Positions 18,836 through 29,119 of a stretch of DNA of 64,000 nucleotides are shown here, in pieces; the stretch's first letter is position 1, and every line of letters starts with the position of its first letter. The stretch covers positions 3,310 through 67,309 of the forward strand of contig JAKFYE010000018.1 in assembly GCA_021731045.1 (NCBI GenBank), given 5' to 3'. Source of the DNA: Bdellovibrionales bacterium (GTDB lineage Bacteria; Bdellovibrionota; Bdellovibrionia; Bdellovibrionales; JAKFYE01). Position numbers and translations under genes: made by a program. The notes under the pieces were generated by a model that was not told where the DNA came from, ran no database searches, and saw only the letters and a list, made by a program, of their open reading frames with translations.

Positions 18836-19711
18836 TTACCTACTAATTTCCGAAAAATCTACTTTTCGCACGGCTTGTCCTTCGGTCACACCGTTTAAAA
18901 TTTCGCTGAATTCTTCGTTTTGAGTCCCGACTTCTATCTTTTGTCGTTTGCCATCCGCAAGGGTTACAAAATAAGAGTTTTGCTCTCGACCAATAAATTC
19001 GTGGCGAAGCATTAATGCATTATTTTTTTTAAGCGTAATAATATCTACGATGACACTCATACCCGGTTGCAACTGCTCATCAAAATCTAAAATTTGCAAA
19101 CGCATCGGAAACTCTACGGCGGTCGTTCGTCCGTAACGATCTTGTTCACGCGCCGCAAACGTCAATTCGCTAACGACCGCCTTGTACGTACGATCTAAAA
19201 TGGCCGAGGCCTTGACGATGGCCTCGAGGCCTATTTTCATTTTAACTCGATCAAGCTCCGGAACATTGGCATCAATAAACATTTTACTCGTGTCATCAAT
19301 TCGCGCAATAAAATCGACGGAGTCTGAGGCCTTCACGTATTCACCATTGGCTTTGTTTAGTTGAACAACGCGTCCACCAAAAGGAGCCCGTAATGGAAAG
19401 ACGGTATCACCGGCTACTAATGTGGGCGCGACACTCGCAATTGGATCACCACTTTTTACATTTTGTCCAAGTTTTACAAATACGCTGCGGATATAACCTT
19501 GATACGGAGCTGTAATAACCGTTTTTTTTAAAGGGGTTACAACTCCGGAAATTGTTGAACGTTGAATGAGTTCGCCTTTTTGAACTTTAGTCATCGACTG
19601 TCCTTCACGTCCAGATTTTTTCTTTCGTGAAAATTGTGTGGAATAAACCAAGCCAATAATTAAGGCGACAATGGCAAGCCATAAGTATTTATTCGTAAAT
19701 AGTGTCTTCAC
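18836..19711 (-). CDS. macA: HlyD/MacA-type periplasmic adaptor (membrane fusion protein)
   Basis: N-terminal TM anchor, a biotinyl-lipoyl-like segment (GQNVKSGDPIASV), and a position 2 nt upstream of macB. Confidence 0.8.
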   Translation of the reverse strand: MKTLFTNKYLWLAIVALIIGLVYSTQFSRKKKSGREGQSMTKVQKGELIQRSTISGVVTPLKKTVITAPYQGYIRSVFVKLGQNVKSGDPIASVAPTLVAGDTVFPLRAPFGGRVVQLNKANGEYVKASDSVDFIARIDDTSKMFIDANVPELDRVKMKIGLEAIVKASAILDRTYKAVVSELTFAAREQDRYGRTTAVEFPMRLQILDFDEQLQPGMSVIVDIITLKKNNALMLRHEFIGREQNSYFVTLADGKRQKIEVGTQNEEFSEILNGVTEGQAVRKVDFSEISR

Positions 19712-21002
19712 TTAAAATTCCTTTATAGTATTTCCACCTTAAGTACAGATCAGCTTGATTAAAATCTGCTTCTTGTCCACGAGATTGTGCATCTAAAAGA
19801 TTCGCTAATCCCGTGATGAGTTCGAGGTATGTGGTTTGTCCTGAGCGATAGTCTCGCTCTAATAATTTAAAAGCGTCTTCTTCCATTTTTTGAAGCTCTT
19901 TTGCTAATTGGTAACGCTCCTTTGAATCGGCAACTTCTTTTTTAAAAACTTCGAGATCTTTTTGAGCTTGTAACAAAGTGTTTTTGGCAGTCTGTTCACT
20001 CGTATTTTGATTGAGTGCTGCGATTTGAATGTTTCTAGAGCGAACACCCCAATCAATAAGATTAAATTTTATATTTGCCAGTACACTCCATTGTGTCGAC
20101 TCGTTGTCTTTCCAAGTTTGTTTAGTATCTACGTAATCTGAGCTGCCGTAGGTGGCGCTTGCCACTAAATTAAGTTCGGGCCAAAACTTTCTTCGAGCCA
20201 AAGAAACCTCATGTTCGCTAATTTTCTGTTGTAGGTCTAAAGCCTGAGATTCGTAAAGGGTGTTGGGATCAATATCCACAATCATGTCCTTTTTTGGAAC
20301 AAGGGGTTTGATAGACTCATCAAACTGTATGTCGGTTGTAGGGCCAAGGCCGATTTCGGTAATGAGAGCCGCACGAGCTAATGTTAAGTTTTTTTCGGCC
20401 TCGATTACATTTAAGCGCCCTCTTTGAGCCCGTGTACTAAAACCCAGATAATCTTTTCGGGTTTTCATTCCTTGATGGAACTGATTGCTCACTAATTTCG
20501 CTAAACGCTCTAATTCTTGATAATTTTTTGTCGTAAAACGTAAATTTTGTAGAGCGATATTGTAGCGATAATAAGCTAATAATACCGAACGAATGATTTG
20601 CCCTTTGGTTTTTTGATAATTAACCTTAGCTAACTCATATCTGTATTTCGCAATTTGATTTTTCTTAAAGCTTTCACCATTGTCATAAAGATTTTCAGTC
20701 AAAGCTAACGTCGCCGTACTGACGGCGGGCGTTTTTGCCGTAGTTCCTGCACGATCCGGGTTGAGCCCTCTCACGCCGTGGCTCGATGACAAATCTAAAC
20801 TTGGAAGAAAGGCCGCAAAGGCATTTTTAACTTCTAAGCTGGAGGTCTCAAATTGGTTTTTAGACGTTAAATACATCGGGGAGGCCTTAAGGGCGCTATC
20901 AACGGCTTGCTTTAAAGAGAGTGGGGGAACCTTTTGCGCCCAGGCCGTGCTGCTTAAGCTGTATATGAACAGAAAAAGAAAATAACGTGATTTTCTAATC
21001 AT
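19689..21002 (-). CDS. TolC-family outer membrane efflux protein
   Basis: Two-repeat coiled TolC-like sequence with signal peptide MIRKSRYFLFLFIYSLSSTAWA. Start trimmed to ATG 21002. Overlaps the macA start by 23 nt. Confidence 0.8.
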   Translation of the reverse strand: MIRKSRYFLFLFIYSLSSTAWAQKVPPLSLKQAVDSALKASPMYLTSKNQFETSSLEVKNAFAAFLPSLDLSSSHGVRGLNPDRAGTTAKTPAVSTATLALTENLYDNGESFKKNQIAKYRYELAKVNYQKTKGQIIRSVLLAYYRYNIALQNLRFTTKNYQELERLAKLVSNQFHQGMKTRKDYLGFSTRAQRGRLNVIEAEKNLTLARAALITEIGLGPTTDIQFDESIKPLVPKKDMIVDIDPNTLYESQALDLQQKISEHEVSLARRKFWPELNLVASATYGSSDYVDTKQTWKDNESTQWSVLANIKFNLIDWGVRSRNIQIAALNQNTSEQTAKNTLLQAQKDLEVFKKEVADSKERYQLAKELQKMEEDAFKLLERDYRSGQTTYLELITGLANLLDAQSRGQEADFNQADLYLRWKYYKGILSEDTIYE

Positions 21003-21343
21003 TCCAATCATGGCTAGGATCATAGATAAACCTATGTCAAAACTGAGTTTAATGTATATCAAGATTTGAAGAATTATTGCAAGGATGTCTCAAAATTCAA
21101 CAGGTGTAACATAATGCCACAAACTCAGATTTGTAGAGAAATTTATGGAGTATCTGATGAGTTTTATCTGTTTCTGACGATGCAAAATCTTAAGGCTGTG
21201 TGCTCGTTTTTTTCGAGCTAAAAGGATGAATTCTTTTCCGATTTTGAGTGAGGCCCTTTACAAAGAACGACATCAATTCTACATTTTGCAAAAAACAGAC
21301 TCCATTCAAACACTCTCTTCGTTAAATCGTTAAAGGAAAAATT

Positions 21344-21853
21344 TTGAAAAAAACGTTAATTTTAAAATTCCTATTCGTTATTTTTGCATTTTCAAATTTA
21401 GTCGCTTGTGGCGGTTTTAAGCCTAAATCTCGTCCTCTTGAGAAGCAAACCCTTCAAGTTCCTACACCGAACCCTGTCACGCCACCTCCAACGCCGTCCC
21501 CCGGTGCTCCACCAATAGATGTGACCTGTAAGAATAATAAAATATCGTTAGCTTGGGATGCACCTACAACTTCGACGGGAGCGATTGATACTTCAATTCT
21601 TGGTTATATTATGTTTATAGGGCATGCTTCAGGCGTATATGACTACAGCGTTTATTCATTTAGCCTCACGCTGACATTAAACTCATTACCTTTAGGAAAG
21701 TACTTTTTTTCTGTGAAAGCTTTTAATGATGCAGGTGAAAGTCCTTTTTCTGATGAAATTTCAACAGAAATTACAGAGTGTAAAACGGCTATTAGTGTGA
21801 ATATGGGTCAAGAAGCAGATTCAGCGATTGAATTAGCAGAACAAAAAAATTGA
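21344..21853 (+). CDS. lipoprotein with Pro-rich linker and fibronectin type III-like domain
   Basis: Lipobox LVACGG, linker PTPNPVTPPPTPSPGAPP, and an FN3-like segment ISLAWDAP...GKYFFSVKAFNDAGESPFS. Confidence 0.65.
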   Translation: MKKTLILKFLFVIFAFSNLVACGGFKPKSRPLEKQTLQVPTPNPVTPPPTPSPGAPPIDVTCKNNKISLAWDAPTTSTGAIDTSILGYIMFIGHASGVYDYSVYSFSLTLTLNSLPLGKYFFSVKAFNDAGESPFSDEISTEITECKTAISVNMGQEADSAIELAEQKN

Positions 21854-21887
21854 AGTATAAATAGTTAAATTTAAGGTGGGAATGAAT

Positions 21888-24305
21888 ATGAAGAAAAAGC
21901 TACTCCTCTTGTTATCTTTAGTATGTGTTGCAAGTTGTGGGATGAACGATGATGAAGACTTTAATCGTGACGAAACCAAGGCCCCTAAACTTGTTTTTAA
22001 AACTAAAGACGATGCATTAGCTCTCTTGCCAGCAGCTCAAAGAGCAGCTTTTTTAGGTTGGGAGCATCAAACCATAAAAACATGTTCGTTGTCAGAAGCT
22101 TTGCTTTTCAATGCTGGCACCCAAGTTAATTCCAAACCTGTTTCTACAGGAATCGATGCCGAAATTATTTTGCAAAAAACAAATCACACTCTTCTTCTTG
22201 AAATTCCTCAGTCTGTTGGTTCAGAGCCAGAATACATATTTTTTGGTGCTCCACGATTGGATATGAGCGAATACTCTGATGTTTCAGAGCTCAACTTTAC
22301 TAATAATGGCACTCAGTACGAAGTTGATGTTGAAGCAAGAATGGAAGCGGGACGTTGTCGTATTTTTGCTGGCGGAACCGAAATCTTTTCGACCTATATT
22401 TTGAGCGTTTTACCGGTAGATGCTCATTACAATGCGGCCAAGAAAATAGAAAAAGCCAATAGTATTAAAATTAACCCTTCAACGTTTAATTCAAAAAATG
22501 GTTCGGCGACAATACAAGGACAGTTAGCTTCAACCGCATTAAATTTCGGATTAGATGTTCGCACATCTAATCCTGAAGGCGGATACGATGGCAACTCAAG
22601 TACAACATACCAGATTGCATTGAATCGATTGAGCGATATTTTTGGTTTAGAAAATGCTCAAGTTCAGCAGCAATATTTTCCGTCTTCTTTTATTTCGTCT
22701 TACAGGCTTTCACTTCGCTTAGAAAGTGTTGATCATACATTGGATGTTGTAGGCACTGGCACACCAACGACTTCCACAGATATAATAAATGCGTCGCCGT
22801 TTGGTTATTACTTCTCGAATATTTATGGAACAGAAAAAGAATTAAAATCTTTTAAATCACCTGGCGCTCATTCATTAAAAATGAAAGTTATTATTCGTCC
22901 ACCAGACTCAACACCTAGCCAAGTTCTAAATATAGTAAATCCAGAAACTTGGGCCTTTAGCTCTGTGAGCGAATTTGTAGGTTCAATCGAAAAAGGTGGA
23001 ATAAGTCGCTTGGTCTCGTTTGAGCACATCGGCGCGTATGTTATCTCTCCAAACGAAGCAACAGAGTGTTTCTCAAAACGTTTAGCAGGAGCAAAACTAT
23101 ATCAAACACCACTCGCATCGGCGATTCAGCTTAATGTTTCTTATTATGATGTGACGGAAACTTGTGCTGTTTATACTAATAACTTGATAAAAGATGTGTC
23201 TGTTTCCAAGGATGTGCTTAACTCCGTTCTTTTAATGTTAGCTTCTAGTACGCCATCATCAGCATTTAACTATCAAGGTTGGGACCGTTTTTTTGTTGAT
23301 ATCGTACAAGAATTGGCTGGAAAAAACCTAGATGCGTTGCTCGGTCAACCCAACATTATTAAAGTGCCGCTATTCAAAAAAACCCTAGAGGGCGTTAATA
23401 AATTTTTAATATTAATAGCAAACTTAAGTCTTCAAACTTACCAAAATGAGTTTGTAAGACTAGCTGCAAAGGCGTCTTTGGTTGGCTTTGATTTAGTTCC
23501 GGAGCAAGAATTATTTGCTGTTACAGCAAAAACCGTCGGTAGCGCATTAACCACGTCATATAAAACGTTTTTAAATGAATTTCTTGGGGATACGAAAAGT
23601 AATGCCAAAATATTACATAGTATCGCCTTAATTCCTGTTGAGCGATTAGATAGAATCAAAAATCTTGAAACCACAGCGCGAAGCTTAGGTTTAACTTCTT
23701 GGACGAACATTGAAATAGACAGATACATCCAAAGAACACATCTCACTCCAGATGAAGAAGTCTTAAACTGGGAAAATTCTTTGAACGGAATACAATGGTT
23801 TTTATCTCGTGAGGTTGCACGCCTTCAAGGAGAAAAATCTCCGGCGATTTCAAATAATCAAAACACACTCTTTTTGCAGGCAATGCGAGAGTCATGGCCA
23901 CAAACTTACTATCAATACTTAGAAAAGTTCAGCGAGTTGAGGAGATTTGTGCCAGCGTGTGCGGGCAAAAAAGATGTAACATCATATTTAGCCTGTGCTG
24001 TTGCGGCAGGAGTCTCAACAAACCGAGGTTATCTTTTATATGTAGGGATCAGAAACTCGTATTGGACTTTAACGAATAGCCTTCTAGCTAATTTTAATGA
24101 TCTTGAAGATATAGATCCCCTCGCACAAGAAATCACTAAACGTTTTTACGAAAACATGTGGGGATCATGTAGTGCAGGAGCCATCGAGAATAAGACTTTA
24201 AGGTTACTCTCGCATATTGCGGCTTATAAGTCCGATAGAAAAAACTGGGAAGACTCTGCGTTTAAAGCGGCGCTTCAATCTACGCTTACGAACTGTTCGT
24301 ATTAA
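21888..24305 (+). CDS. large lipoprotein, function unknown
   Basis: ATG 21888 lies 7 nt after AAGGTGGG. Lipobox VASCG. 805 aa with no recognisable catalytic motif. Confidence 0.65.
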   Translation: MKKKLLLLLSLVCVASCGMNDDEDFNRDETKAPKLVFKTKDDALALLPAAQRAAFLGWEHQTIKTCSLSEALLFNAGTQVNSKPVSTGIDAEIILQKTNHTLLLEIPQSVGSEPEYIFFGAPRLDMSEYSDVSELNFTNNGTQYEVDVEARMEAGRCRIFAGGTEIFSTYILSVLPVDAHYNAAKKIEKANSIKINPSTFNSKNGSATIQGQLASTALNFGLDVRTSNPEGGYDGNSSTTYQIALNRLSDIFGLENAQVQQQYFPSSFISSYRLSLRLESVDHTLDVVGTGTPTTSTDIINASPFGYYFSNIYGTEKELKSFKSPGAHSLKMKVIIRPPDSTPSQVLNIVNPETWAFSSVSEFVGSIEKGGISRLVSFEHIGAYVISPNEATECFSKRLAGAKLYQTPLASAIQLNVSYYDVTETCAVYTNNLIKDVSVSKDVLNSVLLMLASSTPSSAFNYQGWDRFFVDIVQELAGKNLDALLGQPNIIKVPLFKKTLEGVNKFLILIANLSLQTYQNEFVRLAAKASLVGFDLVPEQELFAVTAKTVGSALTTSYKTFLNEFLGDTKSNAKILHSIALIPVERLDRIKNLETTARSLGLTSWTNIEIDRYIQRTHLTPDEEVLNWENSLNGIQWFLSREVARLQGEKSPAISNNQNTLFLQAMRESWPQTYYQYLEKFSELRRFVPACAGKKDVTSYLACAVAAGVSTNRGYLLYVGIRNSYWTLTNSLLANFNDLEDIDPLAQEITKRFYENMWGSCSAGAIENKTLRLLSHIAAYKSDRKNWEDSAFKAALQSTLTNCSY

Positions 24306-24307
24306 TT

Positions 24308-24336
24308 ATTTCGGCAATACATTGTAATGCCGAAAT
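24308..24336. terminator. bidirectional hairpin between convergent genes
   Basis: ATTTCGGCA-(11 nt)-TGCCGAAAT forms a 9-bp stem between the stops at 24305 (+) and 24340 (-). Confidence 0.5.
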
Positions 24337-24339
24337 TAC

Positions 24340-25536
24340 TTATAAAGGTTCTGCGGCTTCTACAACAAATGCGATGGATAGCTTCACAAATGGTAACGCA
24401 TGTTCAATATCCAGCAAATTTATTTTATCGTTGGCAGTGTGAATGGCCTTGTTATCGTTAGCTAAGCTCGCTTCAAACGGGAGTGCTGCCGGAACGCCAT
24501 TACGCTGCCACTGAGCATGATCACTACAAGCATAAGTACATTTATCTGTGCCGATCTGATTTGCAGGAATTCCCACGTAGTTAACAATTAATGTTTTTAG
24601 AAACGCAGTTAAAACGGGGTCAACATTATCTTCTATGAGATATATTTTATAGGCATCTTTAGGAGATTTAAATCCAGTCATGTCAAATTGTACGACACCG
24701 CGAATTTTTAAACCTTCGGAGACCATTGTTTTTGCTACGACACCAGAGCCGACGAGTCCACGCTCTTCAGCTGCATAAAATGCAAAATAAATATCACGTT
24801 CGAATTTAAGTCCGCTCTCAAGAACTGCTTGGAACGTTTCCATTACGGTGGCGACTCCAGTCCCATCATCATCGGTGCCTGGCTTATCTTTTGAAAAAGT
24901 GTCCATATGAGCGCCAATCACTACTGCCGGAAGACTAGAGTTATTGCCTGGGATTTTGACGACTGTAGAAGGCTGAATGTATGTTCCGCCTGTTTTGAAA
25001 TAGCGAACGGTGATGTCCGATCGACTATGGTCTTTTGCAATTTTGAGTGCGTGTTCACCGAGCCAATTGGCGGCTTTTACTCCCTCTTGCGTGAGGGCGC
25101 TTCGATCAGAAAATGATGTGAACAATTGAAGGAAATCCCAAAAGCGAGTTCTATCTAATTTAGAAATGGTCGAATTGACTTCGACTGCGCGGTTTGGAGT
25201 TGTCTTGTCAAAGTTTGGAGTCACTACGTTCAATTGCCGAGAGATAAATGATTTCATGTCCGTTTTAGAGCTCAGAAACTCATCGGTAACATCTATGTAG
25301 CCACCGCATATATTCAATTCTTTATGTAAAAGCGCAGAAAGTTTGGAAACATCAGATGGTTGCATTTTGACTAACGAGAGATCTTTAAATGTTTCTAACG
25401 CTCGAGGAATAATACGAGATGAAATTTTTAAATTTTTGAGGGGGATTATATAATAACGAGAGTTAGGTTCTGGAGAGCTAGCTATAGTCGTTTGATTTAA
25501 TAACGTCGCTATAGTAAAAATTAAAAAATGTTTCAT
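24340..25536 (-). CDS. M28 family zinc aminopeptidase, exported
   Basis: Metal-ligand contexts GAHMDTF, DDDGTGVATVME and AAEERGLVGS. Signal peptide MKHFLIFTIATLL. ATG 25536 follows a GGAG RBS. Confidence 0.8.
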   Translation of the reverse strand: MKHFLIFTIATLLNQTTIASSPEPNSRYYIIPLKNLKISSRIIPRALETFKDLSLVKMQPSDVSKLSALLHKELNICGGYIDVTDEFLSSKTDMKSFISRQLNVVTPNFDKTTPNRAVEVNSTISKLDRTRFWDFLQLFTSFSDRSALTQEGVKAANWLGEHALKIAKDHSRSDITVRYFKTGGTYIQPSTVVKIPGNNSSLPAVVIGAHMDTFSKDKPGTDDDGTGVATVMETFQAVLESGLKFERDIYFAFYAAEERGLVGSGVVAKTMVSEGLKIRGVVQFDMTGFKSPKDAYKIYLIEDNVDPVLTAFLKTLIVNYVGIPANQIGTDKCTYACSDHAQWQRNGVPAALPFEASLANDNKAIHTANDKINLLDIEHALPFVKLSIAFVVEAAEPL

Positions 25537-25720
25537 TTTGGTTACTCCTAATTCATTGGGCGACCGATTTAAATGTGCGTCAATAAATTTGAGAATATTT
25601 TTTTGAGTTGAATTATAAAAAACAAAAAGCAAGGCGATCGCAATTTACTAAGTAAATCTGCTTGTCTGATTTAAAAGCGTATTCTATTCCTATTAACTAT
25701 AACGGATTCAGGAGCCATAA

Positions 25721-26515
25721 ATGCAAACAAAAACGATTTTTGTCTTAATATATTTAGTTTTCGCATTACCTTGCGTTGCATCGGCGGAGAATAAGAAAAC
25801 TGAGCCGACAAAAAAATCTACAGTAGAACCTAATTTGATTCCGGCAGAAGAAAAACGAAGTGATTTTGTCGAGAAAGCGACAGATATAGTTGAAGAGACC
25901 ACTCAAAAAGTGTCAGAGGCAATAGAAGACACAAGGACGCGAAGAGCCGCCACTAAATATTTTGTGCTGGGAAATTATTCTCCTATCGATTTAATTATTC
26001 CGTCTAAATACGGAGTCACAATCGGATTTATTGAAAATGAAGATAAAACTTGGGAGCTTGAATATTTACGTAAAAGTATTAATTTCCCCTTTATTTTAAG
26101 CGATATTGGTAGCATGACGGAGCAAAGACTTTCCTTTATTGGCCGCTCCTATTTTGGGAGTAATAGTTTTAATATCAGCTATGGTTTAAGTTATTTTGAT
26201 TTTTCAATGAGCCTCGGCGACAATTTTTTAGGTCGGTCATCGATAGTGAGCTCCCCAGCTCTTGATTTGGTGGCTGTGCAAGCCATAGGCTTTAATGTGG
26301 CCGTCGGTAATAGGTGGACAATTGAACATAATTTTACTTTTGGAGTGGATTGGATTTCTTGGGCGCAACCTCTGTTTATAACTAAAAACGAATCTGAATT
26401 CACAAAGTATGTAACCAATCAAAAAGATAAAGACGATCTGGATCGTGCAATTAAAATGATCTCTTATTTTCCGCGATTTGCATTACTTAAGTTGCAATTT
26501 GGATTCTTATTTTAA
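25721..26515 (+). CDS. exported protein, probable outer-membrane beta-barrel
   Basis: Signal peptide ending VASA. Alternating hydrophobic pattern. C-terminal LKLQFGFLF ends in Phe (OMP signature). Confidence 0.5.
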   Translation: MQTKTIFVLIYLVFALPCVASAENKKTEPTKKSTVEPNLIPAEEKRSDFVEKATDIVEETTQKVSEAIEDTRTRRAATKYFVLGNYSPIDLIIPSKYGVTIGFIENEDKTWELEYLRKSINFPFILSDIGSMTEQRLSFIGRSYFGSNSFNISYGLSYFDFSMSLGDNFLGRSSIVSSPALDLVAVQAIGFNVAVGNRWTIEHNFTFGVDWISWAQPLFITKNESEFTKYVTNQKDKDDLDRAIKMISYFPRFALLKLQFGFLF

Positions 26516-26592
26516 GTTGAATATCTAGAATTTGTAATATGGGACGTCGGGCATTGACCGCATTTCTCTCCAGTGTTGTAACTGGAGTCACT

Positions 26593-27576
26593 ATGATGCA
26601 GACTCTATGTATATTCATGAGCATTTTAACTCTTCATTCTACAAGTTACGCGGCTATTCCAAGCGTCAAGCTTGAGGTCGTACGGTCACTCAACTTAGAA
26701 GCTCCTTTGCAAAAAGGTCGTGGCGCGTTTGTCAGTGCCGCGAGCGGTTTAATTGTACTAAAAAATAATTTTTACGTTGTGTCGGACGATGAAATGTCTC
26801 TCTTCTCTTTTCAGAAAGATGACAAAAATTTAAAGAGTTATCCTCTCAGTACTAAAGAACTTTCGGTAGAACCGAGCGTACGTAAAGCCCAAAAGGGTGA
26901 TTTCGAATCTTTGATTTACCTTTCAAAAACAGAATGGGCGCCCTTAGGTGCTCTTGTCGCATGGCCTTCGGGTTCAACCCTTCAAAGAATGAAGGCTGTC
27001 GTTATTCCTTTTAAATCGGAATCTGAGCTGGATAAAGCCATCGAATTTGATATCGCCTCTTTATATAAGAAAATTCAACCGCAAGCGAAAGAACTCAACA
27101 TAGAGGGCGTAGTTATTCACGATCAAAAAGTTTTTCTCCTTCAGCGCGGTAATTCGAAGGGATCAAAAAACGGTATTTTTGAAATGCCGTTTGATATGTG
27201 GATCAAAGGATTAAAAACAGGGGTTTGGGCCGGAGAAATCGATTTCAAACAAATTAAAATTGGTAAACTTAACGACGTTAAGCTGACTTTGTCAGACGGT
27301 GTTTGGACAAAAAAAGGAATGCTAGCTTTAGCACCTGCTGAGGATACGAGTTCAAATTATATGGATGGAGCCGTCCACGGTACGATGTTAGTGCAAATTA
27401 TTGGAAATGAAGCCTACGTCATAGCTAAATTCGAGCCTATCGTTAAACTTGAAGGGATCGCGATTGAAAGCGAAACAGATAAGTCGATCAAGTTATTTTT
27501 AGTCGACGATGCCGATGACCCTAAAAAAACAAGTTCGCTTTATAAGGTCGAAATTCCGAATACATGGTTAAAATAA
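26593..27576 (+). CDS. exported hypothetical protein
   Basis: ATG 26593 lies 5 nt after GGAG. Signal peptide MMQTLCIFMSILTLHSTSYA. No catalytic motif recognised. Confidence 0.55.
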   Translation: MMQTLCIFMSILTLHSTSYAAIPSVKLEVVRSLNLEAPLQKGRGAFVSAASGLIVLKNNFYVVSDDEMSLFSFQKDDKNLKSYPLSTKELSVEPSVRKAQKGDFESLIYLSKTEWAPLGALVAWPSGSTLQRMKAVVIPFKSESELDKAIEFDIASLYKKIQPQAKELNIEGVVIHDQKVFLLQRGNSKGSKNGIFEMPFDMWIKGLKTGVWAGEIDFKQIKIGKLNDVKLTLSDGVWTKKGMLALAPAEDTSSNYMDGAVHGTMLVQIIGNEAYVIAKFEPIVKLEGIAIESETDKSIKLFLVDDADDPKKTSSLYKVEIPNTWLK

Positions 27577-27588
27577 ATGTGGCTCGAG

Positions 27589-28863
27589 TTATCTCAAACC
27601 AAGCGCATCTAAGTCAGCCTTGGTTACAGGGCCTTTTTTATTGTCGATTTCAACCACATATAAAAGGCCACGAATATTGGCTTCGTTTTCATACATAGGT
27701 TGCAAGCCCGAAGCTTCCATCAATGCATCCAGTAACAAGCGCTGGTCTTTATAGTCGACACCTTGAAATTTAATCTCGCGCTGAGAGATGCAACCATGAG
27801 TGGCGACAAAAGGTTGATAAGGAGCATGGGATGAAGAGATTTGTCTGCCGGTCCCATGAATACGAAGGAGATTTCGCCCTGCTTTTCGCGCCACGACCGC
27901 CTCTTGCCACCAGATTTTGTCAAAATGAGAAGTCGGTATTAAGAGTTTGTTGTTTTCTTCATTCGTAGAGCTTGCGACAAAATTTAAAATCATCCGACGA
28001 AATTTTCCGAAAGAGATATTTTGGTCGGCGACCGGCATAACTCCGTTGATTTCGTGAATTCCTGAAGGCGTGTAGCCGCTACGTACATAGTAAGGGGCGC
28101 CAGAAGCCACGTATCCAAGTGCCGGATGGGTCCACATACCCTTTCCATCATAAACTGTATTGTCACTGGCATCCCTCATTGCCATAAGGCACGGGTATTG
28201 GCGCTCATGACGGCAGAACATAAAAAGTCGTGGGCTGTTATTGTAACGACCATTTCGGTAGTGATTAATAAGAGGTCGTTGCATGAATAAGTCTTGAATA
28301 TCTTGACGTGAAAGTTGTTGGAACTCGACCGCCTTACCTTTTGAGAAGAGGCGCGCAAATTCAGGATGAGTTTCAGCCACCGATTGAAAAATATCAGCCT
28401 CAATAGAGCTCTTGAGTGCGTTTTCATTCTTTAGGAGTTCTATAGCTAAGCGTTCATCTGATTGGGTTCGCAAAAATTGAGCTAAGTTCTCGTTTAAGTT
28501 TTGGGCGCGTTCTGGATCGAGAGTTCCCTTTTTTGCGAGTAAAGCCGCTAATCGAACTTGATCCGCAAGTTCAAATTGTTTAGCATTCACTCCGTTGATA
28601 AGCTCAAGCACGCGCGGAGATGAGGCCAATTTAAGATCCGCATTTTCAGTTTCAAAATCTTCTATTGCATCTGTAAGAAGCTTTCCCTCAGATATGTTTG
28701 GCTTTGAAAGTCGCATTTTCGTAGGCGCTTCGCTCTTGAGCCAAGTTTGAATTTGATTGTAATAATTCTCGTCCCTTACTTCAAAAACTGAAGCCTGGCT
28801 AGAAGTGGTAAATAAGAGACCAAATATGACGCTGATAATTTTATTTGAGTATTGTTTTTTCAT
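27589..28863 (-). CDS. exported protein with a C-terminal L,D-transpeptidase (YkuD)-like motif
   Basis: Signal peptide ending SQA. The C-terminal IHGTGRQISSSHAPYQPFVATHGCIS resembles the YkuD H-G...(S/T)HGC catalytic signature. The functional call is tentative. Confidence 0.55.
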   Translation of the reverse strand: MKKQYSNKIISVIFGLLFTTSSQASVFEVRDENYYNQIQTWLKSEAPTKMRLSKPNISEGKLLTDAIEDFETENADLKLASSPRVLELINGVNAKQFELADQVRLAALLAKKGTLDPERAQNLNENLAQFLRTQSDERLAIELLKNENALKSSIEADIFQSVAETHPEFARLFSKGKAVEFQQLSRQDIQDLFMQRPLINHYRNGRYNNSPRLFMFCRHERQYPCLMAMRDASDNTVYDGKGMWTHPALGYVASGAPYYVRSGYTPSGIHEINGVMPVADQNISFGKFRRMILNFVASSTNEENNKLLIPTSHFDKIWWQEAVVARKAGRNLLRIHGTGRQISSSHAPYQPFVATHGCISQREIKFQGVDYKDQRLLLDALMEASGLQPMYENEANIRGLLYVVEIDNKKGPVTKADLDALGLR

Positions 28864-29063
28864 AACAAAAGGCTGTCATAAAAAAAAATTCTTGGATTTA
28901 TTTTTTTAAATAAAATTAAAATATATTGCCTGAACAGAAATTTAAGTAATGTCACCTAGACCTAAGTCTCGCTCTATTTTTTTATTAACCATGAAATATC
29001 AAAATAATAGGTTCATTTTTTTAGAAAAACGTTTTTAAATTTTGAAAATAAAATTATCGAAAA

Positions 29064-29100
29064 ACTGAGGCTTAGAAACCTCAGTCTAGTATTTTCTTTT
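29064..29100 (+). terminator. orphan terminator-like hairpin in the AT-rich intergenic region
   Basis: ACTGAGG-CTTAGAAA-CCTCAGT is followed by CTAGTATTTTCTTTTT. No annotated plus-strand gene lies upstream within 1.4 kb. Confidence 0.35.
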
Positions 29101-29119
29101 TAAAAATTAGAAGGCTAGC

